Shown here: positions 1 to 6,185 of the stretch, piece by piece | Position numbering within the stretch: the stretch's first letter is position 1 | Layout of the letters: each line of letters opens with the position of its first letter | DNA from: an uncultured Nitrososphaerota archaeon | GTDB lineage: Archaea > Korarchaeota > Korarchaeia > Korarchaeales > Korarchaeaceae | Length of the DNA stretch: 11,579 bases | Reading direction: 5' to 3' | Assembly (NCBI GenBank): GCA_964480775.1 | Contig: CAYZRF010000037.1 | Coordinates: 1-11,579 of the forward strand | Notes under the pieces: model-generated | What the model was told of the DNA's origin: nothing | The model's input: only the letters and a program-made list of their open reading frames with translations | Database searches by the model: none | Position numbers and translations under genes: made by a program

Positions 1-72
1 AATCATGAAATCAAAGAGTTAATGTCGAAGTTAGTTGAGCTATCTCACCTGTTATCCTCGAAAGGATTCTAA
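1..72 (+). CDS. 3' end of an unidentified ORF (partial; last 23 codons plus TAA)
   Basis: Frame 1 is open from the window edge to TAA at 70-72 (NHEIKELMSKLVELSHLLSSKGF*). T-runs follow at 115-119 and 142-147. Too short to classify. Confidence 0.25.
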   Translation, partial: NHEIKELMSKLVELSHLLSSKGF

Positions 73-120
73 ACGTAAAAAGACCTTTTAGATATCATAG
101 GAAATATTGGAGAGTTTTTG

Positions 121-151
121 AAATTTAAAAGCTCGTAGTTCTTTTTTAATA
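121..151 (+). promoter_or_regulatory. Candidate archaeal TATA region for the beta-propeller gene
   Basis: Two AT-rich boxes are present: aaatttaaaa (121-130) and ttttttaata (142-151). The second is centred about 27 nt upstream of the ATG at 175, which would give a leaderless mRNA. No Shine-Dalgarno motif precedes the ATG. Confidence 0.3.
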
Positions 152-174
152 CACTCTCAGAGAGTATCTTAGAG

Positions 175-1359
175 ATGCGAACTATAATACTTACTTCGCT
201 GCTGTTGTTACTTCCAGTACAAGCTGTATTAGCTCAGCCTGCCTGGAATCTCTCGATAGGAGATTTCGTTGGTTCTCTTAGCATCTCATCTGATGGCGAT
301 TATGTTGTTGCAAGTAGTCTGTATGCTGAAGCCAAAATAGGTAAGATCTACTTTTTAGACAGAGAAGGAAATCTCCTCTGGAGCTACTTAACAAGCTTTC
401 CCATATGCACAGCTATTTCTTCGAATGGTGAATATGTAGTTGTAGGAATAAGGTCCCAAGGAATCTTCTATCTATCTAGAGAAGGAGAGATCATGTGGAA
501 CTATGAATCTGGAGCTTCTTACATTGATGTTCAGATCTCATCGGATGGAAGCAAAGTTGTCGCAAGCACATCTGATGGGTACGTCCTTTATTTCAATAAA
601 GAGGGTAAGAAGCTTTGGAGTTACAGGTTTTCGAATAAGTTCGTCCCAATTTCTATGTCTTCTGACGGGTCTTTCGTGGCAGTTGGAGGCAGCTACGAAG
701 TTATATTACTTAGTAAACTTGGAGATACACTTTTGAACCCTGAAGTAGACTGTGAAGTACAAAAGATCGTAATGTCCAGCGACGGGAACTTTCTTTTGGT
801 GGTGGGCGAAGATAAGTTGTTCTTCCTAAGCGGGGAAGGCGAAGTATTATGGAGTTCAGAAGTAGAGGGAGAGGTTACCTCGATAGCTTTTTCTTCGGAT
901 GGAAGTAACGTGGCAGTCGCAAATATTTGGAATGAAGGTTATTCGACTAAAGGAAGAGTTTTCTTCTATAATAGCTTTGGAGAACTCCTTTGGAGTTACG
1001 ATACTGGAAGCTGGGCTGTTGTTTCCATGTCGGCTGACGGTAACTATGTTGTATGTGGAGGGGAAGAACTTTTTGTCTTAGACAGAAAGGGAAACCTTCT
1101 GTGGAGCTATTCTACAGGAAAAAGTCTCATAAATATAGTTTCACTATCTAAAGATGGAAGAAGTGTTGTAATAGGAACTGGAGGTAGGGTAATTTTCCTC
1201 TCTCTTGAAGAAGTTATCCAGCGAAATCCTCCAGCAGTAGAACCAGAGAAGAGCTCATTCGAAAAATTAATCTCCATAACTAGCGTGGTTTTGACACTAT
1301 TAGTTCTTGGAACGATATTCCTACTTCTTGTTTGGAAATTTAGAAAATTCAGCTATTAG
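175..1359 (+). CDS. Secreted, C-terminally membrane-anchored 8-bladed beta-propeller protein (PQQ-like/WD40-like repeat family)
   Basis: 394-aa ORF. The N-terminal signal peptide is MRTIILTSLLLLLPVQAVLA|QP. There are eight roughly 40-aa repeats, each with an [IMFL]S[SAK][DN]G-x-[YFKNS]-V motif followed by an aromatic/Gly strand and an LW(S/N)Y-like end. The C-terminal hydrophobic helix ITSVVLTLLVLGTIFLLLVW is followed by the basic tail KFRKFSY. Confidence 0.85.
   Translation: MRTIILTSLLLLLPVQAVLAQPAWNLSIGDFVGSLSISSDGDYVVASSLYAEAKIGKIYFLDREGNLLWSYLTSFPICTAISSNGEYVVVGIRSQGIFYLSREGEIMWNYESGASYIDVQISSDGSKVVASTSDGYVLYFNKEGKKLWSYRFSNKFVPISMSSDGSFVAVGGSYEVILLSKLGDTLLNPEVDCEVQKIVMSSDGNFLLVVGEDKLFFLSGEGEVLWSSEVEGEVTSIAFSSDGSNVAVANIWNEGYSTKGRVFFYNSFGELLWSYDTGSWAVVSMSADGNYVVCGGEELFVLDRKGNLLWSYSTGKSLINIVSLSKDGRSVVIGTGGRVIFLSLEEVIQRNPPAVEPEKSSFEKLISITSVVLTLLVLGTIFLLLVWKFRKFSY
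271..1209 (+). repeat. Eight tandem coding repeats (propeller blades), period about 117-138 nt
   Basis: SSDG-type motifs lie at residues 38, 82, 122, 162, 201, 240, 286 and 326, giving spacings of 39-46 aa. The repeats are degenerate at the DNA level (tc[ta]tc[gt]ga[tc]gg recurs). They are protein repeats, not recent DNA duplications. Confidence 0.7.
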
Positions 1360-1375
1360 ATCTCCATAGATCTAA
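1356..1375. repeat. Perfect 8-bp inverted repeat (TTAGATCT-ccat-AGATCTAA) in the 19-bp gap between convergent stop codons; possible bidirectional terminator or RNA-end hairpin
   Basis: Positions 1356-1363 are the exact reverse complement of 1368-1375, with a 4-nt loop. The repeat overlaps the TAG stop (1357-1359) of the plus gene and ends 4 nt before the TGA (1379-1381) of the minus gene. Confidence 0.3.
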
Positions 1376-1378
1376 AGT

Positions 1379-2110
1379 TCAATAGGACTTTAGCTTAGCT
1401 ATTTGATCCGGTCTATTGGTTGCTATTCCGTCAGCACCTCTATCTTTGAGTTCTTTAGCAACATCCAGCTCGTCTATAGTCCAAGGAATGACTTTTAATT
1501 TCATTCTATGAGCAAAGGATATTGATTTCCCAGTTGCCAAACGATAATAAGGCAGGACAGCCTCACACCCAAGCTTTTTGGCGCCGACTATACCATTTGT
1601 GGGCTTGAAGTAAAGGAGACCTATATGAGCTTCCTTGTTGGTTTCTTTAATTGAGGTTAAAGCATTTGTACTGAAAGATATGAATAGCACATCGTCCATC
1701 ATTTCCATTTCCTTAACTATTCTTAAGCTGGGAACGACGGCTTCTTCTGCCTTTATCTCCAGGAACAGGCATCCTCTTCCCTCAACCTCTTTTAAGACTT
1801 CCTGAAGAGTGGGGATTTTTTCTCCTTTTCCAGCATCTAAAGCTCGTATCTCCTCGAGATTGAGTTTTGAAACAATTCCAGACCCATTGGTGGTTCTATC
1901 AACGGTTTCATCATGAATTATGATCACATAACCGTCTTTTGATAATCTAGCATCGACCTCGACTGCATCTGCTCCCATCTCAAAAGCCCTTTTTATTGAA
2001 CGAATTGTGTTTTCTGGCTCGTAGGCGCTAGCTCCCCTATGGCCTACTACAAAGAATGTTTTGAACAATTCCTTTATTGACTGGGCCATTAGGTTAGTAG
2101 TATGCCTCAT
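1379..2110 (-). CDS. ugpQ: Glycerophosphodiester phosphodiesterase (GDPD family, cytoplasmic UgpQ-like)
   Basis: Canonical GDPD signature: VVGHRGASAYEPENT...GADAVEVDARLSKDGYVIIIHDETVDRTTNGSG. About 240 aa with no signal peptide. An alternative start is the ATG at 2089 (MAQSIKE...). Confidence 0.9.
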   Translation of the reverse strand: MRHTTNLMAQSIKELFKTFFVVGHRGASAYEPENTIRSIKRAFEMGADAVEVDARLSKDGYVIIIHDETVDRTTNGSGIVSKLNLEEIRALDAGKGEKIPTLQEVLKEVEGRGCLFLEIKAEEAVVPSLRIVKEMEMMDDVLFISFSTNALTSIKETNKEAHIGLLYFKPTNGIVGAKKLGCEAVLPYYRLATGKSISFAHRMKLKVIPWTIDELDVAKELKDRGADGIATNRPDQIAKLKSY

Positions 2111-2118
2111 AATTAATA
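2111..2118 (-). promoter_or_regulatory. Possible internal TATA box (TATTAATT on the minus strand) for independent GDPD transcription
   Basis: The box is centred about 25-26 nt upstream of the ATG at 2089. That would give a leaderless GDPD mRNA starting at MAQSIKE. It overlaps the annotated ATG at 2110. Confidence 0.2.
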
Positions 2119-2128
2119 CGCGTTTTCC

Positions 2129-2614
2129 TTAGACTATATCGCTCTTTGCAAAAGATCTCCTTAAGAATTCAAAAAGTAACACAATCAGAATCGTCAAGGA
2201 TATAGAGATCTCCATTGTAATAGGAAAACCCATAAAGATCGGTATCAAAATCAATGGAAGTGCTCCACCACCAATTGCGACGACTAAAGCGAGTAAGATA
2301 TGTTTAGTAGCCACATCAAGTTTTGAAGGTGATCCAGAGAAATTAGCATAAATTCTTCCCATGGGATAATACAAAACAAAGGCCGTAGTGAGAAGCACTA
2401 CCTCCTCTATGTCTGACGCTGTTGTTAGCAGGCAAGCTATCCAAAAAGAGGGAGAAATGAAATCATAGATCTTTCCCCACTTTAATAAAAGTGAAACTAT
2501 GCAAAAAAGACCTAAAATTAACACTGCTAGTGAACCAGCAGACAAAAAGGAGTAAATAATGCAAGCGATCAGAAAAGCAGATGAAAATAAACCAAGTGGA
2601 ATCCAGCTATCCAA
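2129..2614 (-). CDS. Polytopic membrane protein of unknown family (about 5-6 TM helices)
   Basis: 161-aa ORF that is almost entirely hydrophobic. It has a TTG start at 2614 preceded by GGAGGG. It overlaps the DUF58 stop by 8 nt. I recognise no family motif. Confidence 0.6.
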   Translation of the reverse strand: MDSWIPLGLFSSAFLIACIIYSFLSAGSLAVLILGLFCIVSLLLKWGKIYDFISPSFWIACLLTTASDIEEVVLLTTAFVLYYPMGRIYANFSGSPSKLDVATKHILLALVVAIGGGALPLILIPIFMGFPITMEISISLTILIVLLFEFLRRSFAKSDIV

Positions 2615-3911
2615 TCTTAATCCCTCCGATGATCGCCTTCAAGGGTTTATTTACGTCCCAATCGTAAACTTCCGCGTCTTGAGCCATTTTTCTTATAAGG
2701 CTGCTTCTCTCGAGTTTTAACATCTTGGAAGCTAAGGAAACTTCTTTTTCTTCCTTAAGGGTCTGAGATTCTATAGAAATCGGAGAGGGAGAGATAACTG
2801 TTACCTTGTAGCCTGATTCTCTCAGAATTTTAACACCTTTTGCCACAGATTCTTCTAAGAACGGTGTAATCACAATTATCTGGGCTCCAGGAGGCAAGTA
2901 TACATTAATGAAATTCCTAATCACGAAGTCAAAGGGCTCTCTGCCTTTTGGTCTTAAGGAGCTAAGGGTGTAAGCGATTCTCAGAAAGTGCTTGGATCCG
3001 TGATCTGGATGGACCCATCTAGGCACACCGCCCAAGGAGATCAGACCAACTCTATTCCCCAGCTCTAAAACGTAGTGGGCTATGGATGCTGCGACCCTTG
3101 CTGAGTAATCTAAGGCGTTCACCCTTCCTCCTAAGGCAGTTATCTCCCTAGAATCCACTATGATTATAACATCTGCCCTTTTTTCAGCCTCATACTCGTT
3201 TGAAATCAGCTTGGAATGTCTTGCGGTTGCCTTCCAGTTTATTTTCCTCATAGCATCGCCTGGTACATATTCCCTTAGTCCATGGAACTCCATGCCCTCA
3301 CCTACCATCTTGGAGGGAACATGTCCAGGGGTTGGTCTTGTTCTAAGAGCCTTCAAGTCGACTCTTTTTATCCAAGTAACGTTTGAAAGGGCTGTCAAGT
3401 AGTTTTTCACGGGAATTGTTTGTCTCCACATATACAAGCCGAGAGGGTCAAGGACATCGACCTGAATTCTCTCAAAGGCCCACATTCCTCTTTTTGTTCC
3501 TACTCTATACCTAAATTCCCATGTCTCTCCTGATTTTAGTCGTATGAGATGTGATGGTTTCCCTTCTAGCAGTTCCAAACCATCAGGCACAAAATCACTA
3601 AGTAAAACTAGGTTTAAAGGTGGGCCCGCATTGCTGACTTTTATCCTAACCTCGACATCTTCGCCTTCCAGAACTAATTCTCTATCAAGAGACCTCTGAA
3701 TAGATAGAGCTGGTTCTCTTATCAAATAGCGTGACACAAAAAGAGCAAACAGAATTGGATACAAAGACGCCAGAATCCACCATTTCATCGTAGCTATCGC
3801 TAAAATGACGGATATGAATGCAGATGCCGCTAGAACTGTTGCGATATTGCTGAACAGTAGCTTTGATTCAGGCAAATTTTGGGACTTCAACTGTTTCAAG
3901 TAGCCTCCCAA
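2607..3911 (-). CDS. DUF58 domain protein (vWA-like, MoxR-associated), N-terminal double-TM anchor
   Basis: The signature GEGMEFHGLREYVPGDAMRKINWKATARHSKLISNEYEAEKRADVIIIVDS is the classic DUF58 core. Two N-terminal hydrophobic helices are present. It lies immediately downstream of MoxR and overlaps it. The start is uncertain: only TTG candidates at 3911, 3899 and 3890. Confidence 0.88.
   Translation of the reverse strand: MGGYLKQLKSQNLPESKLLFSNIATVLAASAFISVILAIATMKWWILASLYPILFALFVSRYLIREPALSIQRSLDRELVLEGEDVEVRIKVSNAGPPLNLVLLSDFVPDGLELLEGKPSHLIRLKSGETWEFRYRVGTKRGMWAFERIQVDVLDPLGLYMWRQTIPVKNYLTALSNVTWIKRVDLKALRTRPTPGHVPSKMVGEGMEFHGLREYVPGDAMRKINWKATARHSKLISNEYEAEKRADVIIIVDSREITALGGRVNALDYSARVAASIAHYVLELGNRVGLISLGGVPRWVHPDHGSKHFLRIAYTLSSLRPKGREPFDFVIRNFINVYLPPGAQIIVITPFLEESVAKGVKILRESGYKVTVISPSPISIESQTLKEEKEVSLASKMLKLERSSLIRKMAQDAEVYDWDVNKPLKAIIGGIKIG
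2622..2627 (-). promoter_or_regulatory. Shine-Dalgarno motif GGAGGG for the 161-aa membrane protein
   Basis: The reverse complement of ccctcc lies 7 nt upstream of the TTG start at 2614, inside the 3' end of the DUF58 gene. Confidence 0.45.
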
Positions 3912-4818
3912 CTATGGATTCCTGTGTAACGTTAGTGTACCAAAACTCTCTCCTTAGTATAAGTCTATGGGCAAGAGCAGGTATTGCTACCCTTTTCACG
4001 TCATCCGGGATCACATAATCCCTTCCTTTTATGGCAGCTAAGGCCCTTGAAAGCTTAAGAAGGGCTAAGGAACCCCTAGGCGAGGATCCAACCTCTGTCT
4101 CGCTAGCTTCCCTTGTTGCTCTTACCAAATCAACGATGTACTCCAAAACGCTGTCCTCGACATGTACCTCCTCAACAGCTCTCTGCATTTCAACGACCTC
4201 TTCAGCGCTTACTACTGGTGTTAGCGTGAAATAATCACTTTTTCTTGAGATTCTCCTCTTCAGGATCTCAATTTCTTCCTCCCTCTCGGGATATCCTATA
4301 CTTAGCCTAACGAGAAATCTATCTAGTTGAGCAGCTGGTAAGGGATACGTTCCTTCATACTCTATAGGATTCTGAGTTGCTATCACTATGAAGGGTTCCT
4401 CTAGCTTGTGTGTCTCTCCTTCTATAGTCACCTGCTTCTCTTGCATTGCCTCAAGAAGTGCTGATTGGGTTTTTGGTGGGGCTCTGTTTATTTCATCGCC
4501 AAGAATTATGTTGGCAAATATAGGACCTTTCCTCAAGTAAAAGTCGCCCGATTTTTGGTTGAATACATACGTACCGGTTATGTCAGCAGGCAAGAGATCT
4601 GGCGTGAACTGAATTCTAGAGAACTTACAAGCCATGACGCTGGCCAAACACCTGGCCATCATGGTCTTTGCAAGACCAGGCACGTCTTCGATAAGCACAT
4701 GTCCATTTGCGAGCACACAAGCCAATAGAAGTTCCAAAACATCCTCTTTTCCGACAATAACTGATGAGATTTCTTTAAGCATTCTTATTGCGTTCCTACT
4801 GACCTCATCTACCTTCAT
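3868..4818 (-). CDS. moxR: MoxR-family AAA+ ATPase
   Basis: The Walker A-like loop is GHVLIEDVPGLAKT and Walker B with sensor is ILGDEINRAPPKTQSALLEAMQE. Also present are VIATQNPIEYEGTYPLPAAQLDRF and a C-terminal lid (SPRGSLALLKLSRALAAIKGRDYVIPDDV). I prefer the ATG at 4818 (MKVDEV...) because GGAGGTGA sits 5 nt upstream. An in-frame ATG at 4845 is the longest-ORF alternative. Confidence 0.93.
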   Translation of the reverse strand: MKVDEVSRNAIRMLKEISSVIVGKEDVLELLLACVLANGHVLIEDVPGLAKTMMARCLASVMACKFSRIQFTPDLLPADITGTYVFNQKSGDFYLRKGPIFANIILGDEINRAPPKTQSALLEAMQEKQVTIEGETHKLEEPFIVIATQNPIEYEGTYPLPAAQLDRFLVRLSIGYPEREEEIEILKRRISRKSDYFTLTPVVSAEEVVEMQRAVEEVHVEDSVLEYIVDLVRATREASETEVGSSPRGSLALLKLSRALAAIKGRDYVIPDDVKRVAIPALAHRLILRREFWYTNVTQESIVGRLLETVEVPKFA

Positions 4819-4819
4819 A

Positions 4820-5290
4820 TCAATCACCTCCAATGTCGACCTCATCGAGGGCCATCTCTAATACCTGTAAGTAGTCATTTTCCTCGAATGACTCCCCTTT
4901 AATCAAACGGAGAAGAGACTCTCCCAGAAGGAATTTCTCTGGGCTCCTCCTTAGCTCGTTCTTTGAGACCTTGGTAAAGTTCTGGGCTATGATATCTATA
5001 ATCCTGTCTGCCACAAGTTCTCTCGCAAAAGAATAGCCAAGAGACGCCCTTTTTATTAAATCAGAAGTTCTTGCCAAGCTACCATTGTGGGTTTCATTAA
5101 CAAAATAGTAGAAGTTCCTCGGACTTGGAAGTATGGATATTGTTTTGCCAAACTTCATTATGAGTAAAATGATCAGAGAGGCTGAGAGCATGATCATCGA
5201 GAACCATCTCACGAAAAATGACTCTGGAAGGACTGAGGAGATGATAAGAATTGCGAAATAGATAAGCCTCAAAGCCTCACGTCTTTCCAT
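4820..5290 (-). CDS. Small membrane protein: two N-terminal TM helices plus a charged helical C-terminal domain; unknown family
   Basis: 156-aa ORF. The ATG at 5290 overlaps the DUF4129 gene's stop by 14 nt and is preceded by AAGGTG. The hydrophobic segments are LIYFAILIISSVL and WFSMIMLSASLIILLIM. The C-terminus is acidic (EMALDEVDIGGD). Confidence 0.6.
   Translation of the reverse strand: MERREALRLIYFAILIISSVLPESFFVRWFSMIMLSASLIILLIMKFGKTISILPSPRNFYYFVNETHNGSLARTSDLIKRASLGYSFARELVADRIIDIIAQNFTKVSKNELRRSPEKFLLGESLLRLIKGESFEENDYLQVLEMALDEVDIGGD
4824..4831 (-). promoter_or_regulatory. Strong Shine-Dalgarno motif GGAGGTGA for moxR
   Basis: The reverse complement of tcacctcc is embedded in the last codons (IGGD*) of the upstream ORF. 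The upstream TGA (4820-4822) is separated from the moxR ATG (4816-4818) by 1 nt. Confidence 0.55.
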
Positions 5291-6131
5291 CTTTTACACC
5301 TTTCATGAGACTCTCGTAACATCTTATGGCTTCAGAAGCATCGCTTTGATTGACCTTTTTTGTGCTGTACTTCGCGATTTCGAAAAGAGAGACTAAAGAG
5401 GAGAGGTTTGTACCTGCTTCTCCTAGAGAGGGTGCTACACGGCTCTCATGCTCTCTGTGGGTCCACGATTCCCTGTATGGGAACCCTTTTCTGGTTAGTA
5501 AAACAACAGCATTCCTATAGGCCCTTATTATAGCTTCTCTTGGGCTTCCAAGCATATCAACGAAATCTGGTAGTCCTTCAACTTCTCTTTTCTTAGGGGA
5601 TGCTATCTCAACCAATTTCTCTGAACTTAGATATATGGCTATCAAGATAGCAACAGCTATGACCGGAAGCGCGTTCAGAAGAGAACCCCACCCTCTGGCA
5701 GGGATAGAAGGTAGAACCCCTTCGTGTGGACCAGGAGTAGGAGATCCAACAACTTCTTCTGCCGGAGGAATAAAGATTATCGAAGTGTTGTTTGACGCCG
5801 CTTTAATAGTCTCTGGCGGCTTCTTAAGGTAGCGATACGCGAGAAAGAGTACAATAAGCCAACCTAAGTAATTCAGCCAAGTATTCTTCTTTGAATCCCC
5901 TTTTAGAAGGTATCGAAAATATTTCTCCCGGCTTATGGCATAAACTACCAGTATAAATGAACTTACTAGCAAGATAGCTACTGGTGTTCTAAAAGCAGGA
6001 TTACCTCCGGTACCAGTTGGCTCTGAGAAAAAGGTCTCTGGAAGCGTTATAGTTAGCTTTGTAAGGGTTGCTGTCAAGAGGATAGTGGCTGCTAAGAATA
6101 GAGCTGAAAGTTTAAGCGAATCTGCCCTCAT
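5277..6131 (-). CDS. Four-TM membrane protein with a C-terminal DUF4129-like domain
   Basis: 284-aa ORF with four hydrophobic helices. The C-terminal block REAIIRAYRNAVVLLTRKGFPYRESWTHREHE resembles the DUF4129 signature, which has a helical A-Y-R segment followed by T-x-R-E. It is the first gene of the string. Confidence 0.72.
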   Translation of the reverse strand: MRADSLKLSALFLAATILLTATLTKLTITLPETFFSEPTGTGGNPAFRTPVAILLVSSFILVVYAISREKYFRYLLKGDSKKNTWLNYLGWLIVLFLAYRYLKKPPETIKAASNNTSIIFIPPAEEVVGSPTPGPHEGVLPSIPARGWGSLLNALPVIAVAILIAIYLSSEKLVEIASPKKREVEGLPDFVDMLGSPREAIIRAYRNAVVLLTRKGFPYRESWTHREHESRVAPSLGEAGTNLSSLVSLFEIAKYSTKKVNQSDASEAIRCYESLMKGVKDGKT

Positions 6132-6153
6132 TCAGTTGGATTTTCCCAAACAC

Positions 6154-6166
6154 GTATTTAAATTAC
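6154..6166. promoter_or_regulatory. Shared bidirectional TATA element (core palindrome ATTTAAAT, 6156-6163) in a 54-bp divergent spacer
   Basis: The palindrome centre (about 6159.5) is about 28 nt from the minus-strand ATG (6131) and about 27 nt from the plus-strand ATG (6186). That matches archaeal TATA-to-TSS spacing for leaderless transcripts in both directions. No Shine-Dalgarno motif is present on either side. Confidence 0.45.
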
Positions 6167-6185
6167 TCCAGATAGAGTATGGCTG

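Noticed and set aside
503-1081. Same-strand alternative-frame ORFs 503-736 and 899-1081 inside the propeller gene
   Set aside because: They are out-of-frame readings of a gene whose main frame shows a regular 8-fold repeat, a signal peptide and an anchor. They have no independent signals.
3136-3180. Possible MIDAS metal site in the DUF58 vWA-like core
   Set aside because: The relevant strand end reads DVIIIVDSREI, which does not fit DxSxS. This is consistent with DUF58 proteins generally lacking a MIDAS, so no metal-site claim is made.
4843-4845. Upstream in-frame ATG as the MoxR start (MRSTLEVID...)
   Set aside because: The ATG at 4818 has a near-perfect GGAGGTGA motif 5 nt upstream and abuts the upstream stop codon. 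The 4845 start would need a 26-nt overlap and has no Shine-Dalgarno motif. I keep it only as an alternative.
3160-4861. Plus-strand ORFs 3160-3402, 4031-4234, 4465-4728 and 4634-4861, antisense to the DUF58 and MoxR genes
   Set aside because: They lie entirely within strongly supported minus-strand genes and have low-complexity Ser/Thr/Leu-rich translations typical of shadow frames. None has promoter or Shine-Dalgarno context.
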